A DNA stretch of 64,000 bases, from positions 7,422 to 71,421 of the forward strand of contig CACGVI010000002.1 of the NCBI GenBank assembly GCA_902576605.1, in the 5' to 3' direction. Below are positions 8,835 to 18,631 of the stretch, piece after piece (the first letter of the stretch is position 1; each line of letters begins with the position of its first letter). The position numbers and the translations under genes are program-made. Source of the stretch: an uncultured Candidatus Actinomarina sp. Its GTDB lineage: Bacteria; Actinomycetota; Acidimicrobiia; Actinomarinales; Actinomarinaceae. The notes beneath the pieces are model-generated. The model ran no database searches, was not told the DNA's origin, and saw nothing but the letters and a program-made list of their open reading frames with translations.

Positions 8835-9414
8835 TTAATTTCTCAACTAACTTTAACGCTGCTAACTTTCTATGGCTTATATTTGATTTTTCATCTAAAG
8901 TCATTTCAGCCAATGTTCTCCCACTAACTTCAAAAATAGGATCATAGCCAAAACCGTTTTTTCCTCTTGGTTTAAATATAATATTTCCATTTAGAACTCC
9001 TTCTGATGTTATAAAATTTAAACCATCAAAAAAACAAAGAACTGTTTTAAAAAACGCACTTAGATTATCTGCTGTTTTAAGTTCATCTATTAATTTTTGA
9101 TTATTTTCAACATCCGTAGAACTTAAACCTGCATATCTCTTTGAATGAACACCAGGCTGACCATCTAATGCATCTACAAACAAACCTGAATCATCAGAAA
9201 TAATTGGAGATTTAAAAACCTTGTAACATTCTTCAGCCTTCTTTTTTGCATTTTCTTCAATTGTATTTTTATCTTCAATCACATCTGGGATGTCTTTATT
9301 AACTTTCAAGGTATGTTTACTTCCAGCTTCTTGAAAAATTTTTAATAACTCTTTGTGCTTATTTTTATTATTTGAAGCTATGAGGATTTCCATTTGCTTA
9401 TTTTTGTATTTCAA
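8824..9414 (-). CDS. rdgB: non-canonical purine NTP pyrophosphatase (RdgB/HAM1 family)
   Basis: ILIASNNKNKHKEL, FGYDPIF and ISHR motifs. The start is probably the internal Met at 9393. Confidence 0.85.
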   Translation of the reverse strand: MKYKNKQMEILIASNNKNKHKELLKIFQEAGSKHTLKVNKDIPDVIEDKNTIEENAKKKAEECYKVFKSPIISDDSGLFVDALDGQPGVHSKRYAGLSSTDVENNQKLIDELKTADNLSAFFKTVLCFFDGLNFITSEGVLNGNIIFKPRGKNGFGYDPIFEVSGRTLAEMTLDEKSNISHRKLAALKLVEKLNEI

Positions 9415-10060
9415 ATACTTCTTTTATACACTCTTTTCCAAGTTCAAAAAGTTGATCGAGATGTTCTTTTGGAAATGGCTTTCCTTCAGCAGTGCCCTGT
9501 ATCTCTAGTATTTCAAATTTTTCATCAAGTACTAAATTGAGATCAACGTCTGCATTGGAGTCTTTTTCATAATCAAGATCTGCTACCAATTCGTTAGCAA
9601 CAATCCCAACTGAAATGGCACCGACTTTACTTGTAAGTGGATTTTGATTTAATTTATTTTCCTGGATCATTTTTTTAAATGTATCATTCAAAGCTATCCA
9701 AGCACCATTAATAGAAGCGGTTCTTGTACCACCATCAGCTTCTAAAACATCGCAATCTACTGTAAAGGAGTACCCGTTTATAATTCCTAAATTACAAACA
9801 GCTCTTAAAGATCTTCCAATTAATCTTGAAATTTCTTTAGCCCTACCTGACTCATAAGATTTTCTTGATATTCTATTACCTGATGACCCAGGTAACATGT
9901 TGTACTCTGCAGTTACCCAGCCCTTATCAGAATTTAGCAACCAGTCTGGAAGTCTATTTGAGACAGATACTGTAACTAATACCTTTGTATTGCCTGATTC
10001 GTATAAAACTGAGTTTTCAGCAGAATTAATAAAATTTTTGGTTACTTTTATTGGTCTCAT
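9398..10060 (-). CDS. rph: ribonuclease PH
   Basis: 220 aa with DCDVLEADGGTRTASINGAWIAL. The rph-rdgB pairing is typical. Confidence 0.9.
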   Translation of the reverse strand: MRPIKVTKNFINSAENSVLYESGNTKVLVTVSVSNRLPDWLLNSDKGWVTAEYNMLPGSSGNRISRKSYESGRAKEISRLIGRSLRAVCNLGIINGYSFTVDCDVLEADGGTRTASINGAWIALNDTFKKMIQENKLNQNPLTSKVGAISVGIVANELVADLDYEKDSNADVDLNLVLDEKFEILEIQGTAEGKPFPKEHLDQLFELGKECIKEVFEIQK

Positions 10061-10707
10061 TATGGGGACATCCTTTCAATTTTCCATGAATTTTCTTCTG
10101 GCTTATAACAAAACCTATCATGTGTCCTGTTTCTTCTCCCCTGCCAAAACTCCCAATAATTAACCTCTATAGCAAACCCACCCCAAAAATCAGGTCTTGG
10201 TATTTCTTTTCCTTCATATTCTTTTTCAAGCTCATCAATTTTATTCGTAACGTCTTCTCTGGAGGAGATGATATTACTCTGTGCAGAGGCCAATGCACTT
10301 AATTGTCCACCTCTTGGTCTTGTTTTGAAATATTCATCGGATACTTTTGAGTCTGCTTTTTTTGCTATTCCTTGAAATCTGACTTGCCTATGAATTTCAG
10401 CCCAGTAAAAAATACCAGAAACATTAGGGTTAGCAAAGATCTCCACTGCTTTTGGACTTTCATAGTGTGTATGGAAGATTAAATTATCATTTACGATATT
10501 TTTAAATAATACATATCTCGATCTCGGAGCATTATCATCTACTGTAGCTAGAACCATTGCATTAGGTTCGTAAATTTGCGTTTCAATAGCTTCATCGAGC
10601 CACTTTGTAAATTGTGTAATGGGGTCTTGATTTAAATCTTCTGAAGTCAGGTCTAGATCGCTGTATTCGTTCCGAAGAGATTGAATCTTTTCTGAAAAAT
10701 TTTCCAT
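10060..10707 (-). CDS. pdxH: pyridoxamine 5'-phosphate oxidase
   Basis: 215 aa with C-terminal WEFWQGRRNRTHDRFCY. Confidence 0.85.
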   Translation of the reverse strand: MENFSEKIQSLRNEYSDLDLTSEDLNQDPITQFTKWLDEAIETQIYEPNAMVLATVDDNAPRSRYVLFKNIVNDNLIFHTHYESPKAVEIFANPNVSGIFYWAEIHRQVRFQGIAKKADSKVSDEYFKTRPRGGQLSALASAQSNIISSREDVTNKIDELEKEYEGKEIPRPDFWGGFAIEVNYWEFWQGRRNRTHDRFCYKPEENSWKIERMSP

Positions 10708-12971
10708 TAATTTGATTTAATATAATTCAAAGCTGATCCACTTTCAAACCAACTTATTTGCTCTTCAGATAGAGAATGGTTGGTATCTATATCCACTGTT
10801 GAACCATCTTCTTTCTGTATAGAGACTGTAACTTTACTTCCTGGGCTTAAGTTTTCGAGATTTTTAATAGTTAATTTATCATTCTGCTCTATCTTTTCAT
10901 AGTCAGCTTTATCTTCAAAAGTTAGAGGTAATATCCCTTGCTTTTTCAAATTAGCTTCGTGGATTCTTGCAAAGCTTTTGACCAAAACGACCCTACAACC
11001 TCTGAACCTTGGCTCCATGGCAGCATGTTCCCTTGATGAACCCTCGCCGTAGTTTTCATCACCAATTGCAATCCAGTTAATGTTATTTTCATGGTATGTT
11101 TTTGCAAGATCCGGCAACGTCATTATTTCATTGTTTAGGGTATTCAAACCTGTCCCTGATTCTTCTGAAAAAGCATTATTCACACCTATAAATAAGTTTT
11201 GAGAAATATTTTCTAGGTGACCTCTATACCTTAACCATTTACCTGCAGGTGATATATGATCAGTTGTACACTTTCCTACAGCTTTCATAATTACTGTCAT
11301 CTCTATGTAATTATCTCCATCAAATGAGTCAAAAGGTGTTAAAGCCTGTAATCTCTCAGAATCTGGACTTATAACAACTTCAACTTCACTATCTTCTTTT
11401 GGCTGGACAAAACCTTCCAAAGTGCTTTCAAACCCTTCTAGAGGTAGCTCCTCTGCCGTTGGAGGTGAAAGCTTTACCTCTTCTCCGTATTCATTTATTA
11501 AAGTATCATTAAGAAAATCAAATTCTAGAGTTCCACCTAAAGCAAGGCCAATTACAGTTTCAGGTGAGCCAATAAAGGATAGTGTTTCCTTATTGCCATC
11601 ATTTCTTGCTGGAAAATTTCTATTGTACGAAGAGACAATTGTATTAGTCTGTCCTTCTTCAATATCATCTCTCTTCCATTGTCCAATACATGGTCCGCAT
11701 GCATTTGCAAGAACAGTAGCGCCTATTGCTTCAAGATCCTTTAAGTACCCATCTCTTTCAATAGTTGCTCTTGTAATTTCGGACCCTGGAGTAATCATAA
11801 GTGGAACTTTAGATTTTAAACCTTTTTTAGCTGCTTCTCTTGCAATAAAAGCTGCTCGACCAATATCTTCATAAGATGAATTTGTGCATGAACCAATAAG
11901 AGCATTTGAAATATTTAGAGGATAACTATTTTCTAAAGCATCATCTTTCAATTTTGATACTGGGCGAGCTAAGTCTGGTGTATGTGGACCCACAACGTGT
12001 GGCTCAAGATTATCTAAATCAATTTCAATAACTTGATCAAAATATTTTTCAGGGTTTGCAACAACATCATCATCTGGAGTTAGTAAATGCATATTTTTCC
12101 TAGCAAGAGACGCTAAATCTCCTCTCCCTGTAGCCTTAAGGTATTCCTCACCTTTTATGTCAAATGGAAATATAGAACAAGTTGCACCTATTTCAGCACC
12201 CATGTTTGTTATGGTTGCTTTTCCTGTAGTAGAAATAGACTCTGTTCCTTCACCAAAGTATTCAACAATCGCATTCGTGCCACCTTTTACAGTCAAAATT
12301 TCTGCAACTTTCAAAATTATATCTTTGGGAGCTGTCCAACCACTTAATTTTCCTGTAAGTCTTACCCCAATTAATTTTGGTATTTTTGTGTTGAAAGGCA
12401 TGCCAGCCATTACATCAACTGCATCCGCTCCACCAACTCCAATTGCAACCATACCTAATCCCCCTGCATTTGGTGTATGGCTATCGGTTCCAATCATCAT
12501 TCCACCAGGAAATGCATATTGCTCAAGAACAACTTGATGAATAATTCCAGCTCCTGGACCCCAAAAACCAATATTATATTTTTCAGATGCAGTTCGTAAA
12601 AAATCAAATACTTCTTTATGTGTTTTATTAGCAACTTTTAAATCACTATTTGCACCTTCATATGCTTGAATCAGATGATCACAGTGAACTGAAGTGGGAA
12701 CTGCTGTCTCGGACAGTTCAGCTTGCATGAATTGGAGCAATGCCATTTGAGCGGTTGCGTCTTGCATCGCAACTCTGTCAGGTAGAAAATCACCAAAATC
12801 TTCCCCTCTATCGAGTGAAATATTTTTGACATCTTTTGCATGTCCGTACAATACTTTTTCAGCAAGAGTGAGTGGACTGTCTTTACTATTTTTAAACCCA
12901 GCAATATTAGATTCCAAAGTTTTGTAAACTTTTTCTACCAGTTGTAAATGTGTTTTTGACAGATCCATCAT
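10707..12971 (-). CDS. acn: aconitate hydratase, 754-aa mitochondrial-type
   Basis: DRVAMQDATAQMALLQF, IGTDSHTPNAGGLG, SCTNSSYED and NACGPCIGQW (Fe-S ligands). Confidence 0.9.
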   Translation of the reverse strand: MMDLSKTHLQLVEKVYKTLESNIAGFKNSKDSPLTLAEKVLYGHAKDVKNISLDRGEDFGDFLPDRVAMQDATAQMALLQFMQAELSETAVPTSVHCDHLIQAYEGANSDLKVANKTHKEVFDFLRTASEKYNIGFWGPGAGIIHQVVLEQYAFPGGMMIGTDSHTPNAGGLGMVAIGVGGADAVDVMAGMPFNTKIPKLIGVRLTGKLSGWTAPKDIILKVAEILTVKGGTNAIVEYFGEGTESISTTGKATITNMGAEIGATCSIFPFDIKGEEYLKATGRGDLASLARKNMHLLTPDDDVVANPEKYFDQVIEIDLDNLEPHVVGPHTPDLARPVSKLKDDALENSYPLNISNALIGSCTNSSYEDIGRAAFIAREAAKKGLKSKVPLMITPGSEITRATIERDGYLKDLEAIGATVLANACGPCIGQWKRDDIEEGQTNTIVSSYNRNFPARNDGNKETLSFIGSPETVIGLALGGTLEFDFLNDTLINEYGEEVKLSPPTAEELPLEGFESTLEGFVQPKEDSEVEVVISPDSERLQALTPFDSFDGDNYIEMTVIMKAVGKCTTDHISPAGKWLRYRGHLENISQNLFIGVNNAFSEESGTGLNTLNNEIMTLPDLAKTYHENNINWIAIGDENYGEGSSREHAAMEPRFRGCRVVLVKSFARIHEANLKKQGILPLTFEDKADYEKIEQNDKLTIKNLENLSPGSKVTVSIQKEDGSTVDIDTNHSLSEEQISWFESGSALNYIKSN

Positions 12972-13006
12972 ATTAATTATATATTTACTTGAGCCTAAAG
13001 TTTAAC

Positions 13007-14488
13007 TTATCTGTATTCTGAACAAGTATTCTTAAACTCACAATATTCACACCATTCACCAACAGTGTAGTTTGGGCTTAAAGCATCAAAAGGAATCCAC
13101 GATGCTGTTTTTTTTGAAATATCTTCAAATTTTGCTTTTGCAGATTCAAGTTCACTAACTCCAAATCTTCTTTCTTTTACTGTTGCTTTGTTGTCGGAAA
13201 CATAAATGTGCAATACAATGATTTCACTTTCAGATTTCATTAGCTCAGATGCACCTAAGGCATAAAGCTGAGCTTCTAATAAATCTTCAGGTGTTTCCGG
13301 ACGCGTCTTTAACTCTATAATTATTGGAGTTTTGCCAAGTCTTCCAGCCAAATCAGATTTTCCTGTATAAATTGTTGCAACTTTTTGATCTACGATTTTA
13401 CCGTCTCTTAACCCCTTTCCATCAATAATGCACGTAAAACCCAGTATGTATTCTGCTTCTTTAATTTTTAAATCATCATAATTATTTAATTGTGAAACTA
13501 ACTGTTGATATTTTAAAAAGAGTTGCTCTCTAGTAACTTCATCTTCTTCGTTTGTTAATTGATTAAAACTTTCAATATTTTCCTTCTCAGAAAAATTTTC
13601 ATTATTAACTAAAAGCTTTTGTGAAAATTGGTGAAATTTCGTTGCTGTTGATTCAGATTCATACTCAACATAGTCTTCTCGTGGCAAACCATATTGAACA
13701 TTCCAAGCAGTCCTTCTCTCACAATTAGAAAGCTTTACTAAATTTGTTTTTGAAATTTTTACTTCTCTGACACGATTTGTTATTTTATCAGCATTTATCA
13801 ATGGAAATTGTCCACACCTTGAAGATTGGTCGCAATAATCGCATTGTTTACCTGGATTGCGTTTTTGTCTTTCAATTAAATATTCTTCTAAAATCTTAAA
13901 ATATTCATCAATAATTTCATCAGGATTTTCAACCGACTCAATTTCAACAAGATCATCTAATTCAATTGCTGCTGTATAGAATTCTTCATTATCAGTTTTT
14001 AATTTTGTAATAATGGCTCTGTCAATTAGTTCAGGTTCTGGATCATGAGCAGTTTTTAATTTAATGTATTCAAAATGATTTTCATCTTCAAACTCATAAG
14101 CAAAATGCGTAGTGAGCCCATACTCTTCCCCATCAATTTCCTTGACAGCCTCCTTAACTAGATATTCATGATTAAAGTTAGAATTTCTTTTTGGATAAAT
14201 TGTTCTAAATCTTGCAAATAATTCAGATAAAATCTTTTTTTGGATTGTGTCATAAAATTGAAAGTTGTTCTCTTCAGCAACTTTTATAGATGTTTCATCA
14301 AGGGCATCATTATTCTGCCAATCAATAATCGCCTTATTTAGATCTTTCCATCTATCTAATTTTGGACTAGCTAATCTAGTTCTTTTGCCTAATGAACTAT
14401 GACATTGCGAGATTTTCTTGATTTGATTAGTCGAATATGTGTTGTCTCTGTCAGGCATAATAAAATTATAATTCACTAATTTTTTCAA
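13007..14488 (-). CDS. PD-(D/E)XK (RecB/Cas4-like) nuclease-domain protein with two CX2CX5C cysteine clusters
   Basis: 493 aa. C-terminal part has D...IIELKT, AQLYAL (QxxxY) and a terminal CEYCEFKNTC. A mid-protein CDYCDQSSRC is a second CX2CX5C. The N-terminal 200 aa are unassigned. Confidence 0.55.
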   Translation of the reverse strand: MKKLVNYNFIMPDRDNTYSTNQIKKISQCHSSLGKRTRLASPKLDRWKDLNKAIIDWQNNDALDETSIKVAEENNFQFYDTIQKKILSELFARFRTIYPKRNSNFNHEYLVKEAVKEIDGEEYGLTTHFAYEFEDENHFEYIKLKTAHDPEPELIDRAIITKLKTDNEEFYTAAIELDDLVEIESVENPDEIIDEYFKILEEYLIERQKRNPGKQCDYCDQSSRCGQFPLINADKITNRVREVKISKTNLVKLSNCERRTAWNVQYGLPREDYVEYESESTATKFHQFSQKLLVNNENFSEKENIESFNQLTNEEDEVTREQLFLKYQQLVSQLNNYDDLKIKEAEYILGFTCIIDGKGLRDGKIVDQKVATIYTGKSDLAGRLGKTPIIIELKTRPETPEDLLEAQLYALGASELMKSESEIIVLHIYVSDNKATVKERRFGVSELESAKAKFEDISKKTASWIPFDALSPNYTVGEWCEYCEFKNTCSEYR

Positions 14489-14571
14489 ATCTGCAGTTTT
14501 AAAAGGCCTTAATGACTGCCAAAACTATCAAAATACAATCTCACTTTACTAACTATCTGTAGAATATATGT

Positions 14572-16404
14572 ATGGATAAAAGAGTGTCTAAGAGCTTCAA
14601 ATCAATTTTTAAAAACTTTTACCCAAATCTTGATGAAAATGAATGCAACAAAGCCTTAGATTACTTTTTATTCGCATTGGAGAAATTTCCAGATAAAAGC
14701 AATATTTTACAACTCAAGCTTTTTCTTTATGTTTTCTCATTTAGGTTTAGAGAGCTTTTAATAAAAAATAAAAATGTTAAAAACTTTTTCACTTACCTCC
14801 AGGGATCAAATATTTTAATTTTGCGAAAACTTGGTATTTATATTTTTGTATTAATGGGACACTGTATCTCAAGATCTCTTGATGGAGAAGGGGTAATTTA
14901 TAACAAACTAAGATATCCAAAACATGTTAATGGAACGGTAGATAAGAAATCGCATTCATTTCCTGAAAAAGTTCAGGTGGCAGTCATTGGTAGTGGGGCT
15001 GGTGGAGGTGTAGCAGCACACACTCTCTCAAAAAAATATAATGTTGCTGTATTTGATAAAGCAAGTTATCTCAATAAAGAGAAAAACAATGAAACTTTTG
15101 GGTATCACAACTTTTTTGAACACTATGGACTCAGTGCGACGAGAGGTTTTGGAATTCAACTTCTTACAGGTAAAAGTATAGGTGGTGGTACGAGCATCAA
15201 TTGGCAGACCTCACTTGAGACACCGACAGAAGTGTTGAATGAATGGGATGAACTGACTAAACAAAAAGATTACTTTAATTCTGATACATTTAGGGAAAGT
15301 ATCAACTACGTAATTGATAATCTTGGAGTTACAACCGAATTTAACCATATTCCATTGAAAGAGGAAAAATTAGCAGAAGGGTTTAATAAAAATAATATTG
15401 GCTATCGCGTAATTCCAAAAAATAATCGCAGTACTCACGGCATGGAATGTGGTTTTTGTGCCTTTGGATGTGGATACGAAAGTAGAAATTCATCCTATAA
15501 AGTCTGGTTGCAGAATGATGATTTTAATGGTGATATCTTCAGCGATACAGGTATCAAAAAAATTATTTTAGATAATAACAAAGCTACACACATTGAAGTA
15601 GAAAACAATGGAACAGTTTCAAGAATCGAAGTTGAAAAAGTTATTCTTGCAGGTGGATCATTGAACACTCCTAGCATCTTGTTAAATAGTGGATATAAGA
15701 ACCCTCAACTTGGTAAGAACCTAAAGACTCACCCAGTCTCAGGAGTTGCAGCAAAATTTAATGAAGAACAAAAGCCCTGGTATGGAAGTATGCAGGGTAT
15801 GCATTCTGAGGATTTCTTGTTTAAAACCAATAACTATGGGTACTTATTACAGGGATTGCCAATGCATCCAAGTATCTTTTTTCCGTATTTTCCAAATTTT
15901 GTCTCCTCAGCTGAAGATTTTATTGAAAGTTATAATCACTGGTCTGGAGCAATTGTTCTAACATCTGATACAAGTAGTGGTTCTTTAATTAACAATGGTC
16001 CACTCTGGAAGTATAAATTAAATGATTTTGATAATAATCATCTCCTTGATGGACTATCCCAACTTGTAAGGTCTTATTATCTTGCTGGTGCAAAAGAAAT
16101 TATGGTTTCTGCTTCTCCAACAATGTATTGGAAAAGAAATGAAAATGAAGATATAGAAGAATTTTTGGGTAAAATTTTGTCAATCAAAAATCAGCCTTAT
16201 AGATTGCTTTTAGGTTCGGCACATCAGATGGGAACAGCAAGAATCAACCCAAACCCAGAACACGGAGTTGTTGATTTAGATGGAAAAGTACATGGCTTAA
16301 AAAATGTTTATATTGTAGATGCTTCAACTTTTCCAAGATGCTCAGGTGTGAACCCTATGGTTAGTATTCAATCTATGAGCCACTTCTTGATGTCAAAAAT
16401 TTAG
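14572..16404 (+). CDS. GMC-family FAD-dependent oxidoreductase with about 135-aa N-terminal extension (alcohol-oxidase-like)
   Basis: VAVIGSGAGGGVAAHTLS (FAD fold), HQMGTARI and VYIVDASTFP near the C-terminus. Confidence 0.75.
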   Translation: MDKRVSKSFKSIFKNFYPNLDENECNKALDYFLFALEKFPDKSNILQLKLFLYVFSFRFRELLIKNKNVKNFFTYLQGSNILILRKLGIYIFVLMGHCISRSLDGEGVIYNKLRYPKHVNGTVDKKSHSFPEKVQVAVIGSGAGGGVAAHTLSKKYNVAVFDKASYLNKEKNNETFGYHNFFEHYGLSATRGFGIQLLTGKSIGGGTSINWQTSLETPTEVLNEWDELTKQKDYFNSDTFRESINYVIDNLGVTTEFNHIPLKEEKLAEGFNKNNIGYRVIPKNNRSTHGMECGFCAFGCGYESRNSSYKVWLQNDDFNGDIFSDTGIKKIILDNNKATHIEVENNGTVSRIEVEKVILAGGSLNTPSILLNSGYKNPQLGKNLKTHPVSGVAAKFNEEQKPWYGSMQGMHSEDFLFKTNNYGYLLQGLPMHPSIFFPYFPNFVSSAEDFIESYNHWSGAIVLTSDTSSGSLINNGPLWKYKLNDFDNNHLLDGLSQLVRSYYLAGAKEIMVSASPTMYWKRNENEDIEEFLGKILSIKNQPYRLLLGSAHQMGTARINPNPEHGVVDLDGKVHGLKNVYIVDASTFPRCSGVNPMVSIQSMSHFLMSKI

Positions 16405-16405
16405 T

Positions 16406-16906
16406 TTAAGGATAGTTTTTATCTGGTGCAAAGAACTCTGCAGCATCTAATCCTAAATCTATGAACATGCCGTGAGCCTCAACATGAATTTCTTCACCCA
16501 ATTGAATAACCGCTTCCGTATAAACTTTTTTATTATCAACTTCTTTAACCCAAGCGTATAATTCAAATTCTTTTTCTACTGGAGTAGGCTTAAGAAAATT
16601 AACAGATAAATTTGCAGTTACAGAAAATATGTTGTGAATAACTGTTGAGTAACCCATCATGTCATCCAAAGCAGCTGATAATATACCGCCATGAACAAGG
16701 CCAGGCCCACCTTCAAATCTTTTTGCAAATGAATACTTTGCGTAAACTTTACGATTTTTAATTTCTGGTTTCATTTGCATGCTGTCTGGATTATTACCAC
16801 TTACAAAAGAAGAATCTGGATAAATATCTTGAAGCAATGTTCCATCAGTCCAGCCCGAGGTTGGAGCAATTTCTAGAACTTGACCAGTTATATATTTATA
16901 ATTCAT
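16406..16906 (-). CDS. PaaI-type hotdog-fold thioesterase
   Basis: 166 aa with GGPGLVHGGILSAALDDMMGY. Confidence 0.7.
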   Translation of the reverse strand: MNYKYITGQVLEIAPTSGWTDGTLLQDIYPDSSFVSGNNPDSMQMKPEIKNRKVYAKYSFAKRFEGGPGLVHGGILSAALDDMMGYSTVIHNIFSVTANLSVNFLKPTPVEKEFELYAWVKEVDNKKVYTEAVIQLGEEIHVEAHGMFIDLGLDAAEFFAPDKNYP

Positions 16907-17525
16907 CTTTATTTATGTTAGATATGTCTTTTCTTAATGCCTCATTAATAAAAGCATTCGTTATATCAGATCTAGTTCTCTCAATAATTGATCTAGCGTT
17001 ATCTGCGTACCTTCTAAGTCCTCCCGTAAGTGCATCTGGATAATCTAACTCATTTAATATTCCCATACCCTCTTCCATAATTTCCAAGTATGTTTCAGCT
17101 TTTTTGATATCAAGATTTCTTAAATGATCAAGTGCTTTTCTTCTCCACTCACCAATCGTATCTCCTATTCCCTGTATGTAGCTAGAAGGATGTAGGTTGA
17201 ATTCGGAAAATGGTTCAATTGTTCCTTTAACTTCAAAATTATAGAACATAACAGCTTCTACAAATTCTCTTTCGGCATCTAAAACATAGCCTGCATAACT
17301 AATTTCTGAAATTTCACTACAAATGCTTTTTAAATCATTTAATTTTTCTTGAGCGCTTTTTATATGTTTTTCAGCATCAGATATATTATTTCTATGAACA
17401 TTTCTAATACTTTTTGAGCACTCACGAACTATCGCTCTAGAAATTGTTAAAGATTTTTCACGAACATAATTTAATTTATCGAAAGCTGTTGATAAATTTT
17501 CTAAATTAGCTTCAGAGTCGGACAA
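16896..17525 (-). CDS. translin/TRAX-family protein
   Basis: 209 aa. AEREFVEAVMFYNF and SSYIQGIGDTIGEWRRKAL resemble the QEYVEA and YLLGVADLTGELMR blocks of TRAX. Recognised from memory. Confidence 0.6.
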   Translation of the reverse strand: MSDSEANLENLSTAFDKLNYVREKSLTISRAIVRECSKSIRNVHRNNISDAEKHIKSAQEKLNDLKSICSEISEISYAGYVLDAEREFVEAVMFYNFEVKGTIEPFSEFNLHPSSYIQGIGDTIGEWRRKALDHLRNLDIKKAETYLEIMEEGMGILNELDYPDALTGGLRRYADNARSIIERTRSDITNAFINEALRKDISNINKDEL

Positions 17526-17888
17526 TTATACTGCTTGTTTTAAGTATTCAACATTATCATCATCTGCAGATGAGTCATCTACATAAGTGAAACTGTTTCT
17601 TTGAAGAGAGGATGATCGCACTTGAAATGCAGTGTATGCATAAAAACCAAAAACTATATCAATAATTAAGTGGAAAACAAAAATTGGAACTGAGAGGGTT
17701 TGAAGAGCTATAAAAAAACTTGATATAGCAACTAATCCCAGTGTGATAAATCCTCTTCTTTGTTTCTCAACCATATATTGATACTCATTAGAAATAGATT
17801 TATTAACTTTTGAATATTGAAGTTCTGGGAAAACAACCGCTACAGAAAGCGATACCATTAATGCTATTAAAACTAGTGTAGAACTCAT
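17526..17888 (-). CDS. hypothetical membrane protein (3 predicted helices)
   Basis: 120 aa hydrophobic ORF abutting the downstream gene with no gap. Confidence 0.4.
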   Translation of the reverse strand: MSSTLVLIALMVSLSVAVVFPELQYSKVNKSISNEYQYMVEKQRRGFITLGLVAISSFFIALQTLSVPIFVFHLIIDIVFGFYAYTAFQVRSSSLQRNSFTYVDDSSADDDNVEYLKQAV

Positions 17889-17945
17889 GCCCTGCCCTTA
17901 CTGTTGTTGTATTAATAATAACTTGTTTTAAAAAAATTTTCTCAT

Positions 17946-18554
17946 TTAAAATTTATTTTCTTTGCCTTCTTTCAGTCTTTTGATATTTTCCGAATGTTTT
18001 ATCAAAATTAAGACAAATAGGACAACAAGAATTATGACATTAGATATTTCATTATTTGTATAAATTAATAATGAGACGGTTATCAAAACTGTTGTCAAAC
18101 TAGCAATCGCTGACACACGAGTCAATTTAAATATAACAAAATAGAAAAATGCAAGTACAGGTATATTAAGTATTTGAAATATCTCTATATTGAATAATTC
18201 AGAATTATAAGGATTCATAAACACTGTTGCAACATAAACACCTACATAAGTAGCAACCCCTTTTCCACCTTTAAACCTATAAAATACTGGATAAATATGG
18301 CCTACTACAGCAGCTAGTCCATAAACTAAAAAATATTGATTTTGATAGAAAAATACAATAGGAATAGCTCCTTTTAATAAATCTCCAAACAATACAATTG
18401 CAGCAGAACCTTTTCCTAACGTCCTTAACACGTTTGATGTTCCTGGATTACCACTTCCCTCAGAAGAAATATCAATGCCCTTCATTCGAGCTGTAATATA
18501 GGCAAAATTTATCGAACCAAGCAAATAACTGAGAATTACTACTAAAAAATTCAT
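17946..18554 (-). CDS. plsY: glycerol-3-phosphate acyltransferase PlsY
   Basis: 202 aa polytopic protein with the GSGNPGTSNV motif. Confidence 0.85.
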   Translation of the reverse strand: MNFLVVILSYLLGSINFAYITARMKGIDISSEGSGNPGTSNVLRTLGKGSAAIVLFGDLLKGAIPIVFFYQNQYFLVYGLAAVVGHIYPVFYRFKGGKGVATYVGVYVATVFMNPYNSELFNIEIFQILNIPVLAFFYFVIFKLTRVSAIASLTTVLITVSLLIYTNNEISNVIILVVLFVLILIKHSENIKRLKEGKENKF

Positions 18555-18631
18555 TTATTTGAGTCTAATTCATTAAAAATAAATAAGATATAGCTCGTTT
18601 ATACAATTTACAAATTTAATCTAATAAATGT

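Noticed and set aside
11422-12904. ORFs of 150, 126 and 77 aa within the aconitase gene (the first two on the plus strand, the third on the minus strand).
   Set aside because: They are antisense or alternative-frame ORFs with no motifs. Aconitase is continuous and conserved here.
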